A stretch of DNA of 64,000 bases, taken from Eledone cirrhosa (taxonomy: Eukaryota). Below the pieces are notes generated by a model. It worked only from the letters and a program-made list of their open reading frames with translations, was not told the DNA's origin and searched no databases. The position numbers and the translations under genes are program-made. Location: assembly GCA_964016885.1 (NCBI GenBank), contig OZ024752.1:22754001-22818000 (forward strand), given 5' to 3'. Position 1 is the stretch's first letter. Each line of letters begins with the position of its first letter. This document shows, piece after piece, positions 15,664 through 28,346 of this stretch.

Positions 15664-16606
15664 CTAGCATTAAAGCCTGGCATTGCTCGGGGTCAGTAAG
15701 TTACCAAAGTTAGGTTGCACCACCCATGAGATGTTTTAAAAAAGATTTATCACTATTTTTTTTTGTTGTTGAATAAATTTATCTGTTGCTTTTGAATAAT
15801 TGTTGTTTGGTATGAAATGTAATAAGTTCTCTTCATTATTAGTTTCTTTCTTTGTTTATGTATGTGTGTTTGGGTGTCTGTTTGAGCATGTGTTTGAGTG
15901 TGTTTGTGTGTTTCTCTCTTCTTTCTTCCCCGTTCGTTGAGAGATTTTTTTAAAAAGATATATCGCTATTTTTTTTGTTGTTGAATATATTTATCTGTGG
16001 CTTTTGAATAATTGTTGTTTGGTATGAAATGTAATAAGTTCTCTTCATTGTCATTGAAGTACATAAATGTTTGACTGTTCCACATTCAAAAACAAACGTT
16101 CTCTCTCTCTGTCTCTCACTCTCTCGCTCACTTCTTTTTTTTTCTCTCTCTCTCTCCTCCACTTTCCGCGTTCCTAACACACTAAAAAACAAACGTTCTC
16201 TCTCTCTGTCTCTCACTCTCTCGCTCACTTCGCTCACTTTTTTTCTTTCTCTCTCTCCTTCATTTCTTTCTCTCTTCTTTCTTCTGCGTTCCTAAAGGAA
16301 GTTTGTAAGGAGGGGGTTTAAGCGTATATAAGAGAAAGTTGCAGCATGTATGTAGTTTTATCGATGTTTAAGGAGAGTAGAGAGAGTAAATCAGATTGTA
16401 TTAGAGAGGTAAAGCGTCATGTATTTAGTTTTATCGATTATTTCCGTAATTGGGAAAGCTGGAAAAAAATAAATAGTTGTTGACTTAAGTTAGACCATTT
16501 ACAACATTCTTAGACTTTGAGTCGAATCGGTTTGTAATTGTGCAAATGTATAAACATGGAACATGCACACACACACACAACAACAATCTGCCTTTTATAG
16601 ACAATG

Positions 16607-16607
<1 letters not shown>
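15664..16607 (-). mobile_element. Non-autonomous Helitron
   Basis: Minus strand 5' A|TCATTGTCTATAAAAGG; 3' hairpin CCCGAGCAATGCCAGG then CTAG|T; internal ~95-bp duplication (15744/15955) and CT microsatellites. Confidence 0.65.
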
Positions 16608-16646
<39 letters not shown>

Positions 16647-17494
16647 AGTTTCAACATAGCTGTATACATACATGCATGTGAATTTCGTACATCTAAAGAT
16701 ATATGGTATGTTTAGTAAATAAACATTTTGAAAGTCTCAGCTATGAATAGAAGGCTGCTGGCCAGTGCTATCTAGTGGAATCCAACAGAAACAAGGGGGC
16801 TAATTGTCTATGCATTTCAAACTTATATGGTTCTTGTCAGGATAATGCTTCCCTCTTACTTCTGCTGGACTTTGAGACAGGTGAAAATATATAGTTTTTT
16901 CACCTGTGTAAATGGGCTGATTATCCCTCTTGTAAGCCTCCTTCCTCAGACATGCTGCTGACATTCTGATTTTATGTAAGAGCTTGGCAGTATGGGGTTC
17001 AAGGATACCTGAGGTCTTGACAACGACTGGTGCAAAGAGGAAGCAGCTGGAAAAGTCTGGATATTTGCTTGTCTTCCTGTCCTCGGCATTATGATTTATT
17101 TTATGATTCCAATATTCAGAGCATTAAATGCTGTATACAGAATATTTAGTTTCTCATTGTTTGGAATATATCCCGACATCATCGATCAATGACATTATAA
17201 ATATTATATAATAAACATCCAGGTTCCGATATTTCTGAAATTTATATTTATATCAACAAGACACCTTGCAAATCTGTAACTTGATAGTTTTGACATTGAT
17301 TTGTCATCTTGATTGATTTATTTTGGTGACACTGATGATGTTTGGTGACACTGCATGTAGAAGTGTGTAGTAATTTATTTATTAATTTATTTACCTTTTC
17401 ATATAGTATAGTAATGTTTATCACTATCATAATTCCTCTCATCCAACATAGTCAACGATGAATATCTTAAGCACCACTTTCTTTGCTAACTTCA

Positions 17495-18013
17495 TCTTTA
17501 GCATTTAAACTGGCCAGAATTCTCTTACCTCTTTCTGTTCAAACCAGCTGTAACCGTCCACTCATACCAATGTTAAGGTATTGTTTTCAAAATAAATAAT
17601 ATAAAAATCTCATAGATTCGATATTATGTGAGATAAAGCCTTTACCATTTAAATCAGCATCATCATTTAATGTCCATTTTCCACGGTGGCATGGGTTAGA
17701 TGAGTTATCCTGTTGTGAGCAATGCAAGACAGGTGACCATGTCTTGCTCATGCAGAACCAATTTTGGCTTGGTTTCTACAGCTGGGTGCCCTTTCTAATG
17801 TCAACCTAATTTAGAGTGAGTACTGGGTGCTTTTTGCCATGACACCTACACAACCATTTTACATTGTGGGCATTTTACATGTAGGTGTCACGGCAAAATT
17901 TTGCCGTGACACCTACATGACCACTTTACAGTGTGGACTGGGTGCTTTTTGCTGTGACACCTGCACAACCACTTTACAGTAAATATAGACTAATGTAAAT
18001 GCTAAAGGGTTAA
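17495..18013. mobile_element. TTAA-flanked (piggyBac-like) MITE interrupted by an RTE 3' UTR fragment
   Basis: Same family as 31897, 40463 and 52059 (CTTTAGCATTTAAACTGGCC...TAAATGCTAAAGGG TTAA); RTE tail remnant at ~17658-17980. Confidence 0.6.
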
Positions 18014-18859
18014 TGGATTGATTGTGAGAGTATTTGCACTGGTATTTCAGTAACCTGTGAAACTAGAAAGTTTACACAAATTTTAACAATGATATTGTTA
18101 TATTTTTGAGGAGGGTCATGTTGTTATAATATTGCCAGAAATATATAGTAAAACACACCCTCCATAGAAATATATAGTAAAACACACCCTTCCCAAATAT
18201 AACAATATTTGTTTCAACACACAATTTCATATAAAAAAACCTTGCAAAACAAATTCATCGCTGTCTTCATAATGGTAATGCTTTATCAAAGACTTATTAA
18301 TAATTTATCACTGTTTGTAATCATATTATACATCAATTACCAGCATACAACAACTGCAATATCCGACAAATGGGTTGTGTGCCCTTTCTTTCTTTTTCAC
18401 TCTACCACCAAGCTACATACCACCACTACTTTATCTCATATCACGCAACCTGAACTAAACATGATTCAATGAAGAGATCACTATGTGGTCACCAAATGTG
18501 TTAAAATTAGCAGCGAAATTTAGCTGAAATCACACCATGCTAAGGAAGGACATATTAGATTATATAGTTCTGATTATATAAGACAATGTATTTCTAGATA
18601 TAAAACGATGGCCACAGTTAGAACATTTTTCATCTTCTAGATCAAGGCTAGTCTGTGACTAAACTTTAATCTTTAGCATGCTGAATTTTTTTAATGAATT
18701 GCTTCCCTTAACACTTCATTATATATTAAGGGGAGATTACTCTGTTGGTAACATAAGGCGCCTAGAGCATGCTAAAGGCTAACATATTGCTCAATCTTTT
18801 CTCCCCAAAGGTTACTCCTTCTTTGAGGTCCCTTAGTAAGAGCATCGGGCTTATAGACC

Positions 18860-19125
18860 TCAGGTTGTGAGTTCGATTCTCGAACCGGCTTTGTGTTGTG
18901 TTCTTGAGCAAACACTTCATTTCATGCTGCTCTTGTATACTAAGCCGTAGAAATGAGTTGTGACATCATTAATGCCAAGCTGTATTGGCATTTGCCTTTC
19001 CCTTCGACAACATCGGTGGCGTGGAGAGGGGAGACTGGTATGTATGCGCTGGTCTTTCACAAACAACCTTGCCCAGACTTGTGCCTTGGAGAGAAACTTT
19101 CTAGTTGCAAATCCCATTGTCATTC
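18860..19125 (+). mobile_element. tRNA-derived SINE, family 2
   Basis: GTGAGTTCGATTCTC...GTGTTCTTGAGCAA...GTAGAAATGAGTTGTGACATCA; similar to 49729-50068. Confidence 0.7.
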
Positions 19126-20598
19126 TGTCTCAAATAACATTCCCAGATGATTTGCAGCTTATAATCTCTCATAGAATTAGTATGTAATGCTCAAATATAA
19201 TGAAATGATTCTTTACAGTTGATACTTATTCCTGATAATTTGGTGAACTGTTACATTGTAAATTGCCAAGAATCACAACAGAACAATGATGAGCAACCAA
19301 TTTCTCTCAAACTTATAGTTTCGTTAACTCTTAACATTCTGTACTTCATGAAACCACATTTGCAAGAGATTCTTAGCCTGTTCAACTAGCTGTAATTGGC
19401 CGCTCATACTGATGTTAAGGTATTATTCTCAAAATAAACATAATCAAAATCTCATAAATTTGATATTATGTGAGATAAATATGTAAGATAAAACCTTTAC
19501 CACAAAACTAAAATATAGAGCAATGTAAAGGCTAAAGGGTTAAAGAGTAGAAAACAGTGCTCTGACTGCATCACATTAAAAATTATAGTCTTTACACTAA
19601 TATTATAGATTTTCACAATGATCTATCAACTAGTAAATATACTATAACCATTTGAATTAACAAAACCTGTGGGTTTTTTTAAATCATTTTCTGCTAAATT
19701 ATTACAGGTTGTTAGGAATTAAAATAAAAGACCATTAGATAATGCAAAAATGATTCCCAAAGTGGATGCTACTGCTCTCTTGAGGGAACTGGGAGACTGA
19801 AAAGGGGCACTGTAAGGTAAGGGTATAGTAGGAGTTCGTTGGAAGGCAAGGGTTGGTTAAGGGACAAAGAATATAAATGAATAAAAAAGAATGATGAAGA
19901 ATTGATTTCCAGGGAACAACTTTATTAAGTATACATGAAGGTGTGATGTCATGGGGCATTGAAATATATACTTTAAAAAGAGTCAGTACTCTGGAAAAGC
20001 CTAGTCTAATAAAACAGGCCTATGATAAAAGATATTGTAATCATGACCATCTTTAATTGTTGTTGTTTAGCTCCAGGTCATTCCTGATCGAACAGACCCA
20101 TGATCAAAAGAATTTCCGGTATGAATCTCCCACACATTGTACCAGTAATGCACTAGGATAATTGTCGGCCTTGTGCCAAAAATAGAAATAATTATATCAA
20201 ATCTATGAGATTTTGATATTATATATTTTGAGAACAATACCTTAACGTTAGCTTTGTGGCCACTTCCAGCCGGTTTGAACAGAAAGGGGTGAGAGAATTC
20301 TGCCTAGACATGGCTGGTTTAAATGCTAAAGAGTTAAAGACAGTAACATGCAATTTGAGGGAGATTTGACTGCTATTTCCAGAAGGTCAAAGACTCCATA
20401 GTTAGGTGAGACCTCAGAAAATTGGGTCTCAATAATGGTGTCAAATGAAGAGAAATTGAGAATTATTGTATTATATAGTGGTAAAGTTGTTAAAACTGAT
20501 ATTACGATGTTCATTATAATTAATAGTTTTGTTCTGTTGCTCTAATGTAGCTTTTGTTTTATTTTTATCTATCAGATTTTTTATAAAAGGTCATCACT

Positions 20599-20703
20599 AT
20601 GGAGAAATCAGCAGACATCAGCATACAAGGAATGCACTGCCATTCCTGTGTTGTTAATATTGAAAGTAATATTTCAAAAGTGAGGGGAATCAAGTCTATC
20701 ACG
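20599..20703 (+). CDS. ATP7: First coding exon of a copper-transporting P1B-type ATPase (ATP7A/ATP7B-like), N-terminal HMA domain
   Basis: MEKSADISIQGMHCHSCVVNIESNISKVRGIKSIT contains the GMxCxxC HMA motif. Pyrimidine tract and AG acceptor at 20574-75; in-frame TAA 15 nt before an actATGG start; phase-0 donor ACG|GTAAAT at 20704. From recall, human ATP7A has an intron at the equivalent position (HHIK|VSLE). Confidence 0.85.
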
Positions 20704-20799
20704 GTAAATACTCTTTTATCAGTTTCTGTGTATTTATCTGTGTATTTGTGTGCATGTGCGTCTATATATTTATGTTTTGTGTATGTGTAAATATACACA

Positions 20800-21110
20800 G
20801 AGTGTAACTCCAGGTAGAGCTGCTACTTCTCCAAATTGAGAGATCACAGCTTCAATACTATGGGCATGTGGTTAGAATATCTCAGAAAGAATTGCTGAAC
20901 AGATTTTATGGGCAAAACCAACAGGTAGGAGACCCTGGGGTAGAGCCCGAGCAAGATGGTTGCATAACATCCATGAGCTTGGCTGATCATGCTTGGAGAT
21001 CCAGCCAGATCAGTTTGAGACGGTTGCTTCTCACAGGACCCACTGAAGGAGTGTTTGAGGATTCTGCCTCCACGACCCTGTCAGGAATATGTGGGCGAAG
21101 AAGAAGTATG
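20800..21110 (+). mobile_element. RTE-type LINE 3' fragment with (GAA)n end
   Basis: LLLQIERSQLQYYGHVVR-like C-terminus; second copy at 51170-51457. Confidence 0.65.
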
Positions 21111-24100
21111 TGCAAGCATGTTTATATTTGAACAATAAATCTAATTGGATTCTTTTAATCAGTGTACTATCACTTGCTTCAGAATTTGATCAGATCTTAA
21201 GTAGAATTATTCAATTCTTCTTCTTTTTGCATTTCTTTGGATTCATAGAAGGAAGCAAATCTATATCTCTTTTTAGGAAAAGTAAGCTACTCATCTCATT
21301 GCCAAAGTTTTCAAGGTGACAGAAACACGATATCACTTACTTATCAATACAATAAAAACACCTAGTACATGCTGTAAAGTGGTTGGTGTTAGGAAGGGCA
21401 TCCAGCCATAGAATGCTTACCAAACAAGGAGTTGAGAGGACCCTTCAGTTTGTGTCAAAAGACGCAGCAACTTCTCTGTACTCGATAATGATTGTACATA
21501 AGCTGGGTACAGACCCCTCGGTTGTCTGGGAGATCAGTAGCCCTGCTTCAGTACTGACTTGGTCTATGTAGACCTGTCCAACAATTGCTATCAGGGAAAG
21601 TGGATGTTAAATGTTGATCATGATGATATCCATGACCCTCTCTCTCTTTTTTCATCATCAGTATAGGTTTTAAAAGGACAAAATCAGTAATATAGTTTCT
21701 TACATAACAGTTTAATGGTCCTTCATTTTAGAACGCTATGTTGAAACCAAAGTAGTTGTCCTCAGAATTATCAAAAACTGACCAAATTCCCTTTGTATGG
21801 AATTATGCACAGAACTCCTCATGAAATATGTAACTTTCTTACTGGCTAAGAGAAAGAAAAAAGTTTATATCAACAGCTCCTGTTTACATTCTCCTCTTTC
21901 AAATGTGGCAAGGCTCTCAAATCTTTGTCATTATACCAATTTTAGTATAACTCTTCAGTAATTATCTTCTGTTAATCACTGCTTTCTCTGTTCTGCTTTT
22001 TAAACTTACATGCAGCTATGGCCATCTATTAAACCCGAGGAGGTTGAGTAATTTAATGGTCTGCTGGCTCATGGTTTGTAATTGAATTCAAAACTGATGT
22101 TGGTATTTCATTGTTTCTTGGCAGAGCTCCTTATTTGTTTCCTTGTTTTGCCAGGAATACCAAATCATGTAGCCTTCAAACAGAGACCACCAAATATTTT
22201 AGTCTGCTTTGCAATTGGACCTGGCTTCCTGTTATGGATTACATGTAATGGCTAGTGAGTAGGCTATTTTGGACAGCACACATACATACAAACACACACA
22301 ATATCGAAGCATTTTTAATAGAAACAACTTAAAATGAACAATTCCCAAAGTAGAAGTGTGCACATATAGGAATAAGGAGACATGCCCACTGAAGCCAAAA
22401 TAACATTAACTGACAAGAATGAAAGAAAACTGACAAGAAAAACCATATAGGAATGATGGAAAGAACATTTACATTGAAGGTTTACAAACCACACTGCTTC
22501 CTTAAGAGACAATGGCATTAGATCAGGGACTGCATTATCTAAATATGCATGGTTGTAAGAAGAACAACACATATAATAATGGAGGGAAAATCAAAGAAGA
22601 AAGCAGACTATGTATAAATGGAAAAGGATGCCTGTCATGTTCCTCAGCAATGGCAACTACAGGATGTCAGAAGAACTGGGTCTCCTTGAGATCTCTACAT
22701 AATAATCTCCTAACTCTAACACCCTAATTCTTCTGATCTATATACCTAATGATAGGACTCTGGCCTCCTAACAATAATATACCCAGTAAATCTCCACTGT
22801 GTTGCAAACTCATAGGAGGTTTGCTCAACCTACATAGGCATGAACCATAATGATCATCAACAACTCATAATGCATATGAGAAATGCAATACACTCAAACT
22901 GTGGATGCATACATGCTTGCACCCACACATGCATTCACACATACGCACACTTCTTGTAGGATCACTGTGGCATTAGAATTTGTCATATTTAGTCAGGTGC
23001 TATACATTCATTTTCTATTCACATCCCACATTACCTTTATATATATATATATATATATATTTGGCCTGTCCCTCCTCATAGTGGTATCACTGGTCCCTTC
23101 ACATAGTGGTGCTATCCAACGCCAGGCTCCCAAACTTTGGTTCCGCACCTGTCCCTCCTCATAGCGGTACCTGGGCTCCAAAACTATGGTTCCACTGTGT
23201 GATGGGTAGGGCTCTGAAAACATGGCTCCGTGTGAGACAGTTTCGGTGTGGCCAACTGGCCTGACCCTCCTCATACCGCAGCCATCCAGTTCCGCACTGT
23301 AAACATGGTTGGTGTTAAGAAGGGTATCCAGCTGTAAAATACCCAGCCAAATTTACAGTCCTCGCTGGAACAAGGTGCGACACAGGGCAAACCCTAGCCA
23401 GACTTGCTTCCTGGCGTGGACACAAGTGTAAGTGAACAGGTTAAAATTAACTTCATTTATCCATATTTGCTGTAAACAGATCCACCTGCGCACTTCGTTG
23501 AGTTCTATACCCTGCATACTGAAGTGTCAGTAATTAACCAGCACATACTCAAATTATTATATATTTGTATGGGAATTTTGTATTTCTAAAGAAATATGGT
23601 ATATTTATAAATAAACATTCTCAAAGCCATAACAATGAATATAACACTGGCAGTCAACGCCACCAAGCAGTGGCCTGCAGAAGCAAAGGGGGCAACCGTC
23701 GATGCATTTTGATCTTAAATGGTTCTCCTCAGGACTGTGTTTCCCGCTTTCCACTACCGAACTTTGAAATAGGTGAAAATATATAGTTTTTTCGTCTGTG
23801 TAAATGAGGTGATTAATCTCATTTGCATATGATGATGCTGATGAGGAGGAGGATATCAATATATATATATTATTAAATTCCATACTACTATGAAGACAAC
23901 AAACATGGAGAAATGCAAGGCCATGCATTTTCTTGGGGATACTCAACTTATTCAACTTGCAACCTGCAAATTACATAAGTTGAGTTCACTCAATGAACCA
24001 CATGTCTTTGTGTTTCTCCATGTTATGTCTTCATTGTAGTATTGAATTTAATATTTGTCCCATGGGTTGAGTTGTCTACACCTTGGATATCTTTACCAAA

Positions 24101-24125
24101 CTATTACTACTACTATATATATATA

Positions 24126-27040
24126 TCATCATCATCATCATTTTACGTGCACTTTTCCTTGCTTGCAAGGGTGGGATGGGTCCTTTTCAGCATCTCTCCA
24201 TTCGTCCCAGTCCTTCGTCATCTCCTCCGTGAGTTTCAGCGATCTGAGGTCAGCTCTCACCACTTCCGCCCGTGTTTTTCATGGTCTTCCTCTACTGTGT
24301 CTTCCTTTCACCGGGATTTCTTGGCACTTCTTCACCCAGCGGTCATCCTCCATGCGCATCACATGGCCCTACCAAAGCAGTCTTCTTTCCTGCACACTAC
24401 AGTTTATCCCTCTTATACACAGTTTCACTCTCAACTCGTCTATGCTTGATCGTTCACACACATTGACATTGCACATCCATCGGAGCATGCTTGCTTCATT
24501 TCTCTCCAGCCGTCACATATCTTCCACAGTTGCTGCCTATGTCTCACAACCATTCAGCATCGCGCATCTCACACAGTCATCAAATAACCAGCCTTTCGTA
24601 CGCAGGGAGAAACCATTCTTTGTCAACAGAGGAAGCAGCTCCCTAAATTTCTTCCAACTCGTCCTTATTCTAGATACTATGACCTCAGAGCATCCTCTTC
24701 CTTTGCTAATCTGATCACCTAGGTATCGGAAGCTATCAACCACTTCTATAGAACCCTACCTGCATTTGAAAAATGTGCCTATCACTGGCACGTCTATTAT
24801 CAAATTTCCCTGAACATCTATTGCATATGAAGTTTTCCCTTCCTATTAGTTTGCCTGCTATCCCACTACACCTCATGTGTACTCCAGATCTGCATTGTGT
24901 ATATTCTATAGAATTTGTGCCAGCTCCATTCCTACATATCGAACATGGTCATTTCCCTGATGGAATCAAAGTTTTGTCCTCTTTCCTACTTATCAGCACT
25001 TTAGTCTTTGCTAGGTTCACTCTCAGTCCTCTTGCTTCTAACTGCTGTTTCCATAGTCAGAATTTATTCTCTAGTTCCTCTACTGATTCTGCTATAAGTA
25101 CCAGATCGTCAGCATAGAGAAGTTCCCATGGACAGCCAGTCTTAAACTCCTCTGTTATGGCTTGGAGGACTATAATGAACAAGAGCGGGCTGAGGACCGA
25201 ACCCTGATGTACTCCCACTTGTATCTGATATTCCTCACTAAACTCCATTCCTACTCTTACTTTACTGACAGCACCTCTGTACATAGCGTGCACTGTCCTC
25301 ACAAGCCATTCTTCTACACCTAGTTTCCTTAGGGACCACCAGATGACAGATCTGGGTACTCTATCAAAGGCTTTTTCTAAGTCAACAAAAGCTAAATATA
25401 GTGGCTTATTCTTCTCTAAGAACCTCTCTTGAAGAGGGCATCAGTTATACTTTTCTCAGGCACAACACCAAACTGCATCTCATCTAATTTGACTCTTTCT
25501 CTAATTAGTTGTGTTAGCACTCTTTTTGTCACTTTCATAACCTGATCCATTAGTTTTATGCCCCTATAATTGCTCCTCTCCAGAGCATCCCCTTTACCTT
25601 TGTAGCAATTTACAAGAATACTGCTGCACCAGTCTTTGGGTATGACTCCGCCATATATAGCTTGATTGATGATGCATGCAACCAGTTTAGTGCCTATTTC
25701 TCCTGATGCCTTCAGCATCCCAGAAACTATCCCTGAGGGTCCAGTGGCCTTAACACTTTTCATTTCCTTAATTGCCTCTTTGACCCTATAGTCATCAATC
25801 TCAATAGCTGGTCCTTATGTTGGGTCTGTTGGGGCTAGTTTCTCTCCCATTTCCAGGCCTCCTTTTTCTGATCATTAGTGACACTAAGTGCACCAGCATC
25901 ATTTCGGACACACTTATCTCCAACAACATCCTGATTTACACTGACACACTGCCTAGCAATGTGGATCACCTCACGTCTCTGATCCTCTCATCGCAGAACA
26001 TTAGCAAACCTCCTACTCTCAGCTTCCCTTTCTGCTAAGTATACCTGACGTCTAGCCTCTGTTTTAGTGGTTGTGTATCGGTCTCTACTCCCTCCATTTT
26101 TCCAATCCTTCCATGCTAATCTTTTGTCTCTAATGGCTCTATCTACCATGCTATTCCACCACCAGGTCGCCCTCTGTCTGGTTGGAGCTTTGCTCCAGCC
26201 ACAAGTCTCTTCAGTTGCTTGAAGTAAGTTGTCACATAAGAACTTCCAGATCTTCTATGTCATACAATTCTAATTTGTCTTCTTTCTCATCATACACATC
26301 TTGAAGGGCTTTCTTAAATTTATATTTTAGTGAAAGGTCTTTTAGCTTTCAGACTTTCCTTTTCCATACCTTCCTATATGTCTCATCCTGTCTCTTGCTT
26401 ATTGAGATGTCACTAACGACTAACCTATGTTGGGGAGTACATTCTTCCCCGCGTATGTGCTTGCCTGATTGGTAGGTTATTAGGTTTCTTGAAGTTGCAG
26501 TGTTGCAAATACAAAGCCTCACTCTTTCTTCATTTCCTGAGCCATAACCATAACCACCATGTACCCCAGTATATCTATCCTGGAGCTGTCCAACATGACC
26601 ATTGAAGTCACCTGCTAGTATAACCAGGTCTCTGTCCTCTGTCATTGTGGTTGTTTCTAGAAGTTGCTCATAAAAGCAGTCCTTCTGTTCATTACCTAGG
26701 CCTGCTTGGGGAGCATAGGTAGAAATGATTGTCAGCAGTCTCTTGCCTACAACTAATCTAAGCTTAATTATTCCATTATTAACTCTAACTACCTCTATTG
26801 TCTTATTCATCCATCTCTCAGCCAATAAAATGCCTACCCCCACCTAACGCATCGTCATTTCCTATCCAGAGAAGCTTATAGCTAAGCTGTTTGCCTGTGA
26901 TTAGTCTTGCTGAGGCACCTCTCCATCTCACCTCTTGCATGCAGCACACATCCACATGTCTTCTCTCTAGCATCTCCATTATCTCACCAGATCTATCTCC
27001 CATGGTGCCAACATTAAGTGTGGCAACCCTGAGATGTGTC
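24126..27040 (-). mobile_element. RTE-clade LINE family C, near full-length, decayed (APE endonuclease plus RT)
   Basis: APE: VATLNVGT, CMQEVRW, TYAPQ, AGDFNGHVG. RT: NYRGIKLM, QFG, FVDLEKAFDRV, GVHQGSVLSPLLF, LLYADDL. Then PHD-like Cys segment, FRYLG and (GAT)n tail. Many stops and frameshifts. Confidence 0.93.
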
Positions 27041-28288
27041 ATTTTTCGTTGATTTTTCCTTTTCTGCAAAGCAAAATATTTTGAATCATTAACATCAATA
27101 TTGTTGTTGTTGTTGTGCGATTGCTTGATGACGGTTGGGGGGGGGGGGGGGGGGTTCTCGCACATGACCACACTAGCTACCCACTACCATGCGCAGCTCT
27201 AACATGGTTAGTGTTATTGCTGTTTGCGCAGTTATTGCTATTCTTACCTGTTGTGCTCATAATTTTTGGCATTAATATATTGATTGGATGCCCTTCCTAT
27301 CATCTGCACCACTTTACAGTGGGTGCTTTTGTTCGTGCCACCAGCACTAGAGAGGTTGCCAATTTGTAGGTTGGTCTGTATAAAAACAAATATATCAATA
27401 GAAAAATCATCTTCTATCATTTAAAAACTTCTTTCTTTTCAAACCAATATAATATATAAACACATTGAGCTAATCCTAAAAAGACATGACTATTATTTAC
27501 TATCATATATAAATTCTCTCCTTTCCTTCGAGCATTGTATATATAGTTCTACGTTTGCTATATATATATATATACATATATACATATATAGCTATATATA
27601 TATATATATATATATGTATATGTATGTAAAAGGTAAACAGAAATAACAACACAATCGGTACAATATATGGAAGGTATATATCAGGTTAATGCTTGATATA
27701 GCAGGAACTATGTGTATGTACATGTACACACTATTACATAGCTATGCACATAACGAATGATGACTGACATTAGATATTGTAACGTTACTTGTCTGTTGTA
27801 GTCGTGGCTATGGATTCATAAATCTCAGTTGTTGTTATTGTTCTAGTTTCCGTGGAAATCCACAGACCAACCTACAAATTGGCAAGTATCTTTATATTTG
27901 TAGCATTCTCACTAGATGAGCATCTTCTATTCTTTCCTTGAAACACTTCATTTTTTGTCTCCCTTTATTTCTCCAGTGTATGCCCTATTTGTTTGCCCAT
28001 TTGCCTAACTTGACCCACATTCTTTGTTCCTTTTTCCATGATTTATGCCAGAATTTTTGTTTAATTTTTGTTTAATTTTTGATAATCTTTTTTTAATGTT
28101 TGATTTTTAATATTTTTCAATTAATTTTAAAGTTGAATTCTTAAAAAATATGAAATAATTCATTTCCCTTGTTTACTGTGGCTTTCTGACAAGTAAATGA
28201 AGATTTAAATATGATGTATATGTGTTTATAAATATATGTGCATCTATTTGTGAGCATGTACATGCATATAAAAATGTGTGTGTGTATG

Positions 28289-28346
<58 letters not shown>

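Noticed and set aside
17331-17360. CTGATGA motif
   Set aside because: No stem II or GAAA follows; part of a short direct repeat.
27840-27866. GTGG(attt)CCAC-GGAAAC on the minus strand as a hammerhead
   Set aside because: The CUGANGA half of the core is missing.
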